DNA of 64,000 bases from a virus (lineage: Duplodnaviria > Caudoviricetes), in the IMG/VR virus record IMGVR_UViG_2639762779_000001, positions 1 through 64,000 of that record; one strand, 5' to 3'. Below the pieces are notes generated by a model. It had not been told where the DNA came from and ran no database searches. It worked only from the letters and a program-made list of their open reading frames with translations. The position numbers and the translations under genes are program-made. How positions within the stretch are numbered: position 1 is the first letter of the stretch; every line of letters begins with the position of its first letter. This document shows, one piece after another, positions 9,302 through 18,863 of this stretch.

Positions 9302-9688
9302 ATGCCAACGCAAACGCAACCCCAAAACCCAATCAAAGACGAAGACCGGATCGAATACATCGACAGTCACATCGACTTCCTATTGGGCGCCAAGTCGACA
9401 TTCGTCCGCAACATCGGGCTCGGCACCATCGCGCACGATGAGGCGGTCATGCGCCTGCTCAACAACATCGACATCATGATCTCCAGCGAGGAAGCCGACA
9501 GGGACGTATGCCGGTTCAACAGCGGCGCAATGATGCAGAGCATCCCACCCAAGAGCCGCAACTTCCAGCCGAACCTCGACCAACGGGAAAGCAATCTGCG
9601 AGCGGACGGATATGACGAGACCATGGTCAGCAGCGACCGCCAGCTGTATGCAGGCCAGTCCATCGGACTCAGCATCCTCAGCCGATAA
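9302..9688 (+). CDS. hypothetical protein
   Basis: GGAG RBS, 128 aa, GC3-biased. Confidence 0.75.
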   Translation: MPTQTQPQNPIKDEDRIEYIDSHIDFLLGAKSTFVRNIGLGTIAHDEAVMRLLNNIDIMISSEEADRDVCRFNSGAMMQSIPPKSRNFQPNLDQRESNLRADGYDETMVSSDRQLYAGQSIGLSILSR

Positions 9689-9700
9689 GAGGCGTATCCC

Positions 9701-10024
9701 ATGAGCAAGAAAAGCATCGACGCGAGGCGATCCCGCGTCTACTATCCAAACAGTAAGGAACTTCAAAGACTAAGCCGGCTGCATTCGACCCTCACCCGTA
9801 TCGCCGTGGACAAGAAACAGGGGATCATCTCACACGACAAGGCGATAGACAAGGCGACCGCCGCGACGGCGAAGCTCATGACCGCGGAACAGTTGAAGAA
9901 AATCAACAACGCGTTGCCGGTGACTCGAATCTGGACGCTGTGCAACAACGGGTGGATCCGCGAGGCGGCGGACTCCATGCTGGTGACGTTCCCCGGACTG
10001 AAGAAGAAGTGGCAGTCAAGCTGA
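9701..10024 (+). CDS. hypothetical basic protein
   Basis: GAGG RBS, 107 aa. Confidence 0.7.
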   Translation: MSKKSIDARRSRVYYPNSKELQRLSRLHSTLTRIAVDKKQGIISHDKAIDKATAATAKLMTAEQLKKINNALPVTRIWTLCNNGWIREAADSMLVTFPGLKKKWQSS

Positions 10025-10396
10025 CTTCCATCCTTGTGTTTTTTCCGGTTGAGAATCGTGGTGGTGGCTCTTGCGTAAAACTGACAAACAATCCGGAGAT
10101 CAGAACTCTTGGCGTGTCAGCGATGTCGCGTTTTCCGATCCGGCGTGCCGCATCTACATCACGATGGCGCGTTGGTCTCATGATCGTCTGGATCCCAAGA
10201 CGGTATCGGCTCGAATCCATTATCAGCTGAAGTACATGCAGGAGGATACCTCCGAAAGGTGTTGATCATTGTTCCGTTTTGTGTAAGCAACGAAGCTTCG
10301 TGCGATACTGGATATGTTGGCATGTCTTTCGCAATTCACGGTTAAAATCAACATATAAACATAAAAACCGTTGAATTCAGAAAAAAGGGAAACGAC

Positions 10397-11176
10397 ATGA
10401 AGAACGAATTACTCGAACTGACGTTGGAACCCATCAGCGACATCGACAGTCCGGAATCTTTCAGCACACTATACGTGACGGCGGAAGCCTACCCCTTTTT
10501 CCTGCCAATGAGGAACCAGCCAGGGGTGGAACATAAACTGTCAGGCAGAGTGCCACGCGTCCTCAGCCTTCTTTTCACCACCGCCGTGAACATAAAGACC
10601 AAGGACTACGACCCCAAGACCAGAACCCTCACCATAGGCCGCGACTTCAGACAAGCGGCCAACCGTGCGAAACTGCTAACCGGCGGATCCGGATACGAAG
10701 ACCTTATCAGAACCATCCTCGAATACCGTGACCTGACCTTCACCAACAAATATGGCAAAGAGATTCATCCAATCAAAAGTACGACCATCAAAACCGGTGA
10801 AAGATGGAGCAACAAGACCATCGTGTTCACCGCCGAATACGAGAAGATGATGAAGAGGAATCCGAAGACGCTGCCGCTATCAGCTCTTCCGAAACTCCGT
10901 GGAAGATCAGTCGCCGCCGAGATTCTGGTGCTGGCCGCCCTCTACACACCGGAAGAACAACGACTGGCCATCAGCCGTGACGATCTACCTGTCATCCTCC
11001 AATCAACCGGAACGACAAGCCAATCGCCTGCGAAACTCATAGACACTTTGGAAGTGCTCAACTTCAGCCAGGAATCATGGAACTTCTCGCTGACGGAGAA
11101 CTACATAGTCATTTGTCCGTTTAGGACCGACGTCGAAGTGATAGGAACGATGCAACTGGTTCGGCAGCTTGACTGA
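10397..11176 (+). CDS. repA: plasmid replication initiator, RepA_C (IncW-like) family
   Basis: GRVPRVLSLLFTTAV...RTLTIGRDFRQ...LTGGSG pattern typical of RepA_C proteins. Confidence 0.65.
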   Translation: MKNELLELTLEPISDIDSPESFSTLYVTAEAYPFFLPMRNQPGVEHKLSGRVPRVLSLLFTTAVNIKTKDYDPKTRTLTIGRDFRQAANRAKLLTGGSGYEDLIRTILEYRDLTFTNKYGKEIHPIKSTTIKTGERWSNKTIVFTAEYEKMMKRNPKTLPLSALPKLRGRSVAAEILVLAALYTPEEQRLAISRDDLPVILQSTGTTSQSPAKLIDTLEVLNFSQESWNFSLTENYIVICPFRTDVEVIGTMQLVRQLD

Positions 11177-11185
11177 GCGAAACAA

Positions 11186-11230
11186 ATACGAATGAGGGGA
11201 TGGCTAAAAAAACCATCCCCTCGTTCGTAT
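11186..11230. terminator. bidirectional terminator hairpin
   Basis: ATACGAATGAGGGGATGG / CCATCCCCTCGTTCGTAT inverted repeat between convergent genes. Confidence 0.8.
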
Positions 11231-11247
11231 GCAAGAGGCAACCCCGA

Positions 11248-11859
11248 TCAGATTTTCAGCTTCTCGACGATGCCCAAGTCAACACCGTCGCCCCAATGTT
11301 CGGCGATGGCGGTCACATCCTTCATCGCGTCGCCGGTAGCCCGACCGAAACCGCGCTCAGGTTCAGCGGCGTTCAGCACGGCGAACAGCGTCTTGGACAA
11401 CGACTTGTCCTCCATGAACGCGAAAGCGAGACGCATCTTCAAGTCGGACGGTTGGGCATTGTCAAGCTCGTTGGTGAACTTGGCGAACTTCTCGATCTTC
11501 TTGCGGTTCTTCGTTTCGGTCAGCAACGCCAGCAGCGTGGCCGCATCCGACTTGTTGGTTTCGCACAGGGTCTTTGCGACGCTTGCGGTACGCGAATCGG
11601 AGAGCATGTCAAGCATCTCCTTGATTTTCTCGTAAGCGCTGGCATCGAGGTGGGGGAAATCGCTCGTCTTGCGCGATGGCTTCCGGCGCGCGGTCTTGGC
11701 TGCCTTGGTGTTCTCCTCGGCGACCGGTTCCGTGACATCATTGGCAGCCGCAGGAACCGTTTCCGGTTCAACGCTCCGGTTCGCGTCCGGTGCCGGCTCA
11801 GTCCGATCGACGGTGTTGTTGTCGAAATTGTTGTTCCATGGGAAATCTGGCATTTTCAC
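11248..11859 (-). CDS. hypothetical protein (disordered N-terminus, helical C-terminus)
   Basis: 203-aa ORF with GGAGG RBS; divergent from the transfer operon. Confidence 0.8.
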   Translation of the reverse strand: MKMPDFPWNNNFDNNTVDRTEPAPDANRSVEPETVPAAANDVTEPVAEENTKAAKTARRKPSRKTSDFPHLDASAYEKIKEMLDMLSDSRTASVAKTLCETNKSDAATLLALLTETKNRKKIEKFAKFTNELDNAQPSDLKMRLAFAFMEDKSLSKTLFAVLNAAEPERGFGRATGDAMKDVTAIAEHWGDGVDLGIVEKLKI

Positions 11860-12561
11860 TCCTCCGTTATTTGTGAAAAAAAATCGGTGTATACCGAACT
11901 GACAATCAAGACTCTAGCCGAAGTTTTCCGGAATCATCAGGAAAAGTCTGAACTTTTCGCGCCGCCCGCGCCCCGATGGCAATGGCTTCCAGTGGAACAG
12001 GAAAAAACCGGCAGAAAAAACACAAGAAGCCCACAGAAGAAAAAAGGAAAGAAAGAGCCAAAGAAACATGAATATTAGAAAAACAGAAGAGCAAAGAATC
12101 ACACCACGAGGTCAATTCCAATAAGAAACAAGAAGTAAACAAAGAAAGAAAAAGCAACCGCCACACAGAAACCACCATCATCACTCACCAACCAACGACG
12201 AGCAATCAATAGTCACACAGCACCTAGCATCACAGCAGCAACGCGTCACCCTACGCAAATCTACCGAGAGCAAACCTCTAATAGCTACGCCAACAAAAGA
12301 ACAAACCCCAACTAAGAGAAAGCAGAACCAGACAACAACAAAAGAACGAGTATGTTAATTGCGAAGAATAAAGCGTTAATACCGTAGGGTAGCGTAATAT
12401 CAAGAAATGAACAGACGTAGAGATTGAAAAAACAGAATGCAAAACAGACAAAACAAAACAATCAATAAATCTAAATCAGTCGAATACGTCTAGAAACCGT
12501 GACTTTCCGAGCATAAACGCCGGAACAAGCAAAAAACAAGGCCGAAAAAGCGAGGAAAACG

Positions 12562-13716
12562 ATGGCAAGTCTCATAATCGGGCAAGGCGGACTGCTTGAC
12601 GTGCTTCGAGACAGGGTGCCGATGAGACGTTGGCGGATACCCGCAAGCGAGGATTTCGCAGCCCAATCCGACTTCCTCAAACAGCATCCATTGAAGCCAG
12701 GCCAGCATGGAACCATCTTCACCAACATGCCCGGAAACTGGCTTCCGTTGGCTGACATGGGGTGGAAAATCTACTGGGCGGACACCGGTCAGATACCAGT
12801 CGGAACACAATCCTTTCCCTCATACCTGCTCGACCGGAGCGTCACCGATTTCATCAAGGAGTTCTGGGGCATAGAGGTCATCGACAAGAGGCTGATCGGG
12901 GAAATCATGCTCGGCCGGACACGGCAGATGGCTCCAATGATCATTGTCACATCCAACACCGGCGGCGTTGGCAAGACCGTATCCTCCAGACGATTGTGCG
13001 AGAGGGCGGCGGAAATGAAACTGCATGCGCTGCTCATCGACGGAAACATGCGACAGTCCTCACAACGCTCGTTCTTCGACCCGGCGCATAACATGCGAGT
13101 ACGTACGATAGCCGACTGGCAGCCGGGCATGCCTCCGCAACGTGGAGCCAATCCCGGACGCATGCTCAACGTCGGATACGACCTCTCATTCGCTCCGCCG
13201 GCAGGCATCACCGTCACATGGGAACACTACCGGAAATACATCGAGGAAGCCCGAAAGAAATGGGACTTCGTGGTGCTCGACCTCGACCGAATCAGCGCCG
13301 ACGATCTGTCCGACCGAGACACCGCGGCCGGGGGGATGGTCGTGCCATACGTGCTGGCCGGAGACACATGCCTGGTCATCGTCAAAGCCGGTAGGCAAAC
13401 ACAAGGGGATGCCTTGAACCTGCTCAGCGCATTCCCGAGATACGGTCTCCCGCGCGAATGCATCGGCATCAAGGACACGGTTCCGGAAGGATTGCAGAAC
13501 TATCAGACGCTCGACTATACGCGCTACGGATTGTTCCTGGGAACCGAATACCAGAGTACGCAAACCAGCAATCGGATAGCCGCAGGCGAATCCAACTGGT
13601 CTGATCCGAAACTTGATTTCGTGCGAGAAAAAATTCTCGAATGGGTGCTGCCCAATCATGGTTTCACCCCGGCGAAGTATGCGCCGAAACCGAAGAAGAA
13701 AGGATGGTTCCGCTGA
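12562..13716 (+). CDS. ParA/MinD/CpaE-like P-loop ATPase
   Basis: TSNTGGVGKT Walker A, LLIDGN, WDFVVLDL Walker B. Confidence 0.8.
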   Translation: MASLIIGQGGLLDVLRDRVPMRRWRIPASEDFAAQSDFLKQHPLKPGQHGTIFTNMPGNWLPLADMGWKIYWADTGQIPVGTQSFPSYLLDRSVTDFIKEFWGIEVIDKRLIGEIMLGRTRQMAPMIIVTSNTGGVGKTVSSRRLCERAAEMKLHALLIDGNMRQSSQRSFFDPAHNMRVRTIADWQPGMPPQRGANPGRMLNVGYDLSFAPPAGITVTWEHYRKYIEEARKKWDFVVLDLDRISADDLSDRDTAAGGMVVPYVLAGDTCLVIVKAGRQTQGDALNLLSAFPRYGLPRECIGIKDTVPEGLQNYQTLDYTRYGLFLGTEYQSTQTSNRIAAGESNWSDPKLDFVREKILEWVLPNHGFTPAKYAPKPKKKGWFR

Positions 13717-14915
13717 TGTTAGACCTTTCCATCGCACCCAATCCTGACGATTCGGAACTCTGGAAGATGGGCAGTGACGCCGACTGGATTCGTGGCAGCA
13801 TCGTCGCCACAGACGAACATCCGGGAGTGCTGGCGCAACGACACCAGTGGCTTGTCGCCAACCGTCTGTTTGCGGAAAGCATGATACGGGCGAACGGTGA
13901 ACTCGTCACCAGCATCATCGGCGCACTGCTCTCATGGAGGGTCTGCACCATCGACCAGCTGCGCGCCGGACTATCCGTGAAAGGCGCTCCGGAATTCCAT
14001 CGTGACGAACCGAACCTGTACGGCGCGCTCTGCCGGTTGGGTGCCATCGACATCGGATTCAGCCCATACGAAAGATTCTCCGGTATGGAAGTCAATCAAG
14101 CGTGGGTGTCGTTAAGCTCCGACAAGAAACTCATCCGCAAAACATTGGCGCTCTACAATTCGGCAACATGGTTGAGGCGAATGCTCGCCGACAAACAACT
14201 CATCGGAATGCGACGCCACGTGCGGCACAACACGTACGCGGCGCACGTCGGACTCAGCCTCGCGGAGAACAAGAACATTAGAATCATCGGCGGCGACGGT
14301 TGGGGAGCGTTCCGACTCATCGACCCACAGGCAGTGGGAGAGGCGGGACTGCCGCACAACTGTTCCACCGATCTCGTCGCATTGACTTCCGACAGCGTGC
14401 TCACAGGAATCGAAGTGCAGGTGCACACGAACAACATGAGCCAGAAAATCTCCAACTGGTCGAAACTCCTCGCATACTCTCCAATGAGCAGACGCGGACT
14501 CATGTGCATATGGCTGCTCATCAAGGACACCAGCCAAGGACGATACCCCGCGTTGACCAACATCATCGAAACCGCAAGCCATGCTAGCGAAATGCTCGTC
14601 GGAAACCCGACCGTCGCCTCACGAATGGGATTCGCCTTATGGGAGGAATGGTTCACGCCAGACGGAAAACCAACCGAACAACTCGGAGCATACACGGACA
14701 TGCTCGGCAACAAGCAGAACATGTTCGCACCGTATTGGAAACAGTTCACCCCAAGCACGCGCCCAATTTCCGCAATCCGCGACTGGGGTTGGAGCGTCAT
14801 GACCGAAGCGATCAAACGCAATTGGGGTTGGGATGTCAACGCATGGGAGAAACCGGAAGCGTATCGCGGCGGCTTCTATGGATACATCGGAGGTGACAGC
14901 AGTGAGCTTGCCTGA
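13716..14915 (+). CDS. putative PD-(D/E)XK replication-relaxation family protein (candidate relaxase)
   Basis: wHTH-like N-half, then RHNTYAAH...STDLVAL...GIEVQ...KISNW; TGATG coupling; close to the T4CP. Confidence 0.55.
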   Translation: MLDLSIAPNPDDSELWKMGSDADWIRGSIVATDEHPGVLAQRHQWLVANRLFAESMIRANGELVTSIIGALLSWRVCTIDQLRAGLSVKGAPEFHRDEPNLYGALCRLGAIDIGFSPYERFSGMEVNQAWVSLSSDKKLIRKTLALYNSATWLRRMLADKQLIGMRRHVRHNTYAAHVGLSLAENKNIRIIGGDGWGAFRLIDPQAVGEAGLPHNCSTDLVALTSDSVLTGIEVQVHTNNMSQKISNWSKLLAYSPMSRRGLMCIWLLIKDTSQGRYPALTNIIETASHASEMLVGNPTVASRMGFALWEEWFTPDGKPTEQLGAYTDMLGNKQNMFAPYWKQFTPSTRPISAIRDWGWSVMTEAIKRNWGWDVNAWEKPEAYRGGFYGYIGGDSSELA

Positions 14916-15339
14916 CAACTTCGCATCCAACCAGCAGCGTTTGGAGGAGGCGAAACGCGAACGGTACCGGGTGCTGCAGAAAGTGCAGGATCTTTGCACG
15001 ACCGGTCAGCGTTCGCTTGTCATACCGTTCCTCATGGTCAACATGCAACACAATCCAGCCTTGAAAAAAATCAGACTATGGCAGTTGGACGCGATCATGT
15101 TCAACCAGTCCAAATACATCGCGTTGAAAACAATCCGTCACATGCGCGAGACCATCGGCGACCAAAGCACCGTCAAGGACGGGTACGCGGACCTTGGCTG
15201 GGCTTTGGAAAACAAGAACGCGACCGTACGCATGACCACATGGCTCTACCAGTTATTGGAACGGGGAAAAATCACGACGTTCGAACTTCCGGAAGGGTTC
15301 CCGTTGACGATGCTCTACGAGACAGGAGATGAGAATTGA
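14902..15339 (+). CDS. hypothetical protein, possibly aIHF-like DNA-binding
   Basis: GTG start with GGAGG RBS; weak resemblance to actinobacterial IHF. Confidence 0.6.
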   Translation: MSLPDNFASNQQRLEEAKRERYRVLQKVQDLCTTGQRSLVIPFLMVNMQHNPALKKIRLWQLDAIMFNQSKYIALKTIRHMRETIGDQSTVKDGYADLGWALENKNATVRMTTWLYQLLERGKITTFELPEGFPLTMLYETGDEN

Positions 15340-17957
15340 AACAGAACGAAGTCCCACAATGGTATGAGGTGACACGAAGCATCCAACAATTGGATGCCGA
15401 CCAGCTACGTTCCATAGCCGATGATGTTCCCGGCAATCTCGATGACTGCACCCTGCTGCTGGTCAAAAGAGGAAACGAGCCGGTGAAGGAATACATCTAT
15501 GGCATGGGTGACGGAATCGGCAAGGCCGGCGAACTCGCAGGATTCGCCATCAGTCCTCTTCCCGACAATGAGGATCCGGAACTGCCGGACATGATTCGCA
15601 GATCATCGCACGCACTGGTTCCATGGCGAGCGCGCCTGAACTCGAAAGCGACGATGGAGAAGATGCGTACCGATGCAAGCGGTATACGCAAAAGCGTCGA
15701 AGCTTCCATGCCGCCGGATAGTTATGTGAGTGTCACGCTCCGCAAACAGGGGTACTTCGAACAGATGCGTATCCGTGACTGGGTGGCCGACGAGCATTCC
15801 ACCGTCGAGGATGGCAACGAACTTGTTGCGGCGCACACATTGTGCGCGAGAGTCACCGTTGGATGTGCGGATTCGCGGCAGAACAATCTGTTCGCGCAAC
15901 GGGTTGGGCAAGCCGTGTTCCCGTTGCTGTCGAACATGAGCAGTCATCCGAGCCATCCGAGGCTCGGAGGATTCCTGGCTGCAATCGCGGTCACGCTCCT
16001 GACCGTGCTGCTCAGTATCGTCACTCCGATACGTATGCAGACATACTTCTGGCTTGCGGGCTTCAGCCTGGTGATGCTGTTCGTCCCATGGCTGTTGAGT
16101 GGACTGCTTTTCGGAAATGCGAAGGCATTGCTCGCCGACGATCGAAGCACTCGAATGTACTTCCGTGTTCCACCGCACTACAAGTTCGCATGTTTGGGTT
16201 TGTTCGTCTACTTCAGTCTGATGCTGCTGCCGGTACCGGTGTGGGCGTGGATTGTCCCACTTGTCATTTCCGTGGGTATGGGATTGCGGTGGTGGCAGAA
16301 CACGTTGTGGGATGACATTCTGCAATGTCCGCGCCGCTATTGGTGGCTCCGTCGCAAACGCAAGGCGAACGTCAGTGACACGGAAACCAAGCTCGGTGTG
16401 AAAGACAAGCGGGTGTTCGCCACCGGATACGGTCCGCAGCGCACCACGCTCATATTCAGTCCGATGACCACGACCGCCCTGTTCGTGCCGATACAGAAGT
16501 CCACGGCGGTCAAGCAGGAACTGCATGCCGTGCCGGAACCGTTGTCCCATGGGGGAGTGTTCCTTGGCGTGGATGACAGCGGACGCTCCGGATACTTGGA
16601 TCCGACCCAACTGTTCGGAGGCATCGCCATCAGCGGCGAAGCCGGTTCGGGCAAGACCGTACTCACCCATGGCATCAGCCAATGGGCCATCAAACACAGG
16701 GCGGACACCAGTCCCAAGGTATGGGGGACCGATTCACGGCTCATTCATTTCTGGATGAAGGATGATACCGGAGTGGAACTGCTCGACGCCTATAAAAAGG
16801 ATCAAGGCATAACCGACAAGTCCCGAGTCATTTATCTCACCGACCCGTCAAGCGTCGGACTTGACATGCTCGGCATGCACGAGAACAGGAACGCGAAAGA
16901 GACCGCGGAGAGCGTCGCGAAAACCATGCGATACTCGTTCAACCCCGGTGACATACAGAACGATTCGCAGAACATCATCACGCAGGCGATGACCATCGGA
17001 GTCGCCGCCAGCAGATACGACCAGCAGCGTCCCGGCGACATTCTCCGACGCTGCCATCAGTTGGAAAAACAGTATCCGGGAGCTGAACAACTGCAACAGC
17101 AAGGATCTCCCATCGGCTGGGCAGTGGTGGCCCTCTGCGGCTCCGATGGACAAGCCGGATCGGCCAGGGCATTGGGACAAGTATGCCGCGCATTGGCTTT
17201 GGAATTGAAGGATGACAATCCGTTGCGGATGGATCTCGTCTACGCATCACGTGCGGCGGAACAGCTCTACGGCCGACCCGACCAGAAAGGACAGGCGGCA
17301 AGAAGCGATCGTGAAATCCTGCAACGCGCCAACGCCTCGGTCAACAAGGTCAACCAGTTCCTCGCCATCGACCACATGTTCACCCCGCGACGCAGCACCG
17401 TCACATGGGAATGGATACTCGACCATCCCGGCGACTACCACATTGTGCTCGCACCCCACAACGGGCACGCTTTGCCGGAACTCATGGACAAGATTCTAGG
17501 ATCGTGGATTCTCTACCGGTTCTGGAACACGGTATTCGCCCACTGCAAGGACTGGGCGGTCGCCGGCAAGCACACCATGCTCGTCTGCGACGAGCTCAGC
17601 CTCCTATCCAACGGTTCCGACGATGTGCTGCAGAACCTGCGAGAACAGGGACGAAGCTTCGGACTTATCCTCGTGTTCGCCACCCAATATCCGACGCAAT
17701 TGTCCGACGTGCTCTTGGACTCGTTCCTCGGATACACGACGTTCATCTCCTACAACACGGCAATCCCACGTATCGCGTCGCTCACCGCCGCCCGCCTGAC
17801 CGACAACGAGGGAATGGACGGCTGGACTTCTGGGGCGGTCGCCAATCTACCGAAATACCATGCCGCAGTACGCACCCGAGACGCGGAGCAGATCCAACCG
17901 GCATTCATCGTCAAGATCAAGGACTTCGACGCAAAATACCGTCGTATCCCGGAATAG
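15336..17957 (+). CDS. virD4: type IV secretion coupling protein (VirD4/TraG-like)
   Basis: TM cluster, then Walker A GEAGSGKT, Walker B LVCDEL and REQGRSFGLILVFATQY. Confidence 0.85.
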   Translation: MKQNEVPQWYEVTRSIQQLDADQLRSIADDVPGNLDDCTLLLVKRGNEPVKEYIYGMGDGIGKAGELAGFAISPLPDNEDPELPDMIRRSSHALVPWRARLNSKATMEKMRTDASGIRKSVEASMPPDSYVSVTLRKQGYFEQMRIRDWVADEHSTVEDGNELVAAHTLCARVTVGCADSRQNNLFAQRVGQAVFPLLSNMSSHPSHPRLGGFLAAIAVTLLTVLLSIVTPIRMQTYFWLAGFSLVMLFVPWLLSGLLFGNAKALLADDRSTRMYFRVPPHYKFACLGLFVYFSLMLLPVPVWAWIVPLVISVGMGLRWWQNTLWDDILQCPRRYWWLRRKRKANVSDTETKLGVKDKRVFATGYGPQRTTLIFSPMTTTALFVPIQKSTAVKQELHAVPEPLSHGGVFLGVDDSGRSGYLDPTQLFGGIAISGEAGSGKTVLTHGISQWAIKHRADTSPKVWGTDSRLIHFWMKDDTGVELLDAYKKDQGITDKSRVIYLTDPSSVGLDMLGMHENRNAKETAESVAKTMRYSFNPGDIQNDSQNIITQAMTIGVAASRYDQQRPGDILRRCHQLEKQYPGAEQLQQQGSPIGWAVVALCGSDGQAGSARALGQVCRALALELKDDNPLRMDLVYASRAAEQLYGRPDQKGQAARSDREILQRANASVNKVNQFLAIDHMFTPRRSTVTWEWILDHPGDYHIVLAPHNGHALPELMDKILGSWILYRFWNTVFAHCKDWAVAGKHTMLVCDELSLLSNGSDDVLQNLREQGRSFGLILVFATQYPTQLSDVLLDSFLGYTTFISYNTAIPRIASLTAARLTDNEGMDGWTSGAVANLPKYHAAVRTRDAEQIQPAFIVKIKDFDAKYRRIPE

Positions 17958-18074
17958 GCGCTTTCATTCTTTTTTCGGTAAACACAGAAGAAAATTCAAA
18001 ATAAACATGTTGCGCTGGTAAAATCAAAAACCGCAGGAGGGTTCCTTCAGACATACACCGAAGGGAATCCAATT

Positions 18075-18422
18075 ATGGGTGACACCATTACCATCGCCGC
18101 TTCCAGCAACCTTGTCGGAAGCTATCACGCACTGTTCGACGGCATCCTCAACTCGACCGCCGGACAGGTCATCACCAAAGTGGGAGCCGCGGCAGCGGTG
18201 ATTCTCGCATTGGGACTCATCGCAGGCGGCATCTGCAAGGCATTGGGACGCAGCAACAAGCTCGTCACCACGTTCTGCCCGAACCCAGGCCGCATCATCG
18301 TCGTGCTTGTCGTCACATTCATCCTCGCAGGCCCGACCATCACCGTTCCGGCGTTGCTGACCTGCATCGACTGGTTCGTCAACGCCGCAGGAAACCAAGG
18401 CAAGGACTACCTCGGCATCTGA
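18075..18422 (+). CDS. small membrane protein (VirB2/pilin-like)
   Basis: 115 aa with two hydrophobic helices; first gene of the membrane-channel block. Confidence 0.65.
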   Translation: MGDTITIAASSNLVGSYHALFDGILNSTAGQVITKVGAAAAVILALGLIAGGICKALGRSNKLVTTFCPNPGRIIVVLVVTFILAGPTITVPALLTCIDWFVNAAGNQGKDYLGI

Positions 18423-18458
18423 TCGGAAGCCATATATAAAAAAGGGGAGCGAGCCGCG

Positions 18459-18863
18459 ATGAGCGAACGGAAACAGTTGCATCCTCGGGAAACCATGGAC
18501 GACATCACCGAAGTCAGCAGCACGGTCGAGATTGAACGCAAGAACACGTACATGATCACCAAGAACACGGAAGCACGTTCCAAGACCGTGTTCAGCACCA
18601 TCATCGGCGGTGTCATCGGTCTCGGCCTCTGTCTCCTGTTCGCCCCTCTCATCGGCATCACTTTCAGCGTGGTGTTCGTTCTCATCGGCCTGGTGGCCGT
18701 ACCGTTCCTCATGGTCGGCACCATCAAGGACCGCACCCAACAGGTCCGATGGAAACGATTGCTCCGCCAAATCCAAAGCAAGAACATCGCCGGACAGGTG
18801 TTCTACCCGAACTCGAACCATCCGGAAGACCTCACCAGCTTGAAAGAGATGTGGATACTGTGA
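18459..18863 (+). CDS. two-TM conjugation protein (VirB3/TcpE-like)
   Basis: Two TM helices followed by a basic tail; position in the tra cluster. Confidence 0.65.
   Translation: MSERKQLHPRETMDDITEVSSTVEIERKNTYMITKNTEARSKTVFSTIIGGVIGLGLCLLFAPLIGITFSVVFVLIGLVAVPFLMVGTIKDRTQQVRWKRLLRQIQSKNIAGQVFYPNSNHPEDLTSLKEMWIL

Noticed and set aside
9701-9740. MSKKSIDARRSR as a fourth leader copy
   Set aside because: Lacks the QLRxxxGxF core; similarity is limited to basic residues.
11906-12184. Hydrophobic minus-strand ORFs in the A-rich region
   Set aside because: F/L/S-rich translations are an artefact of the strand skew.
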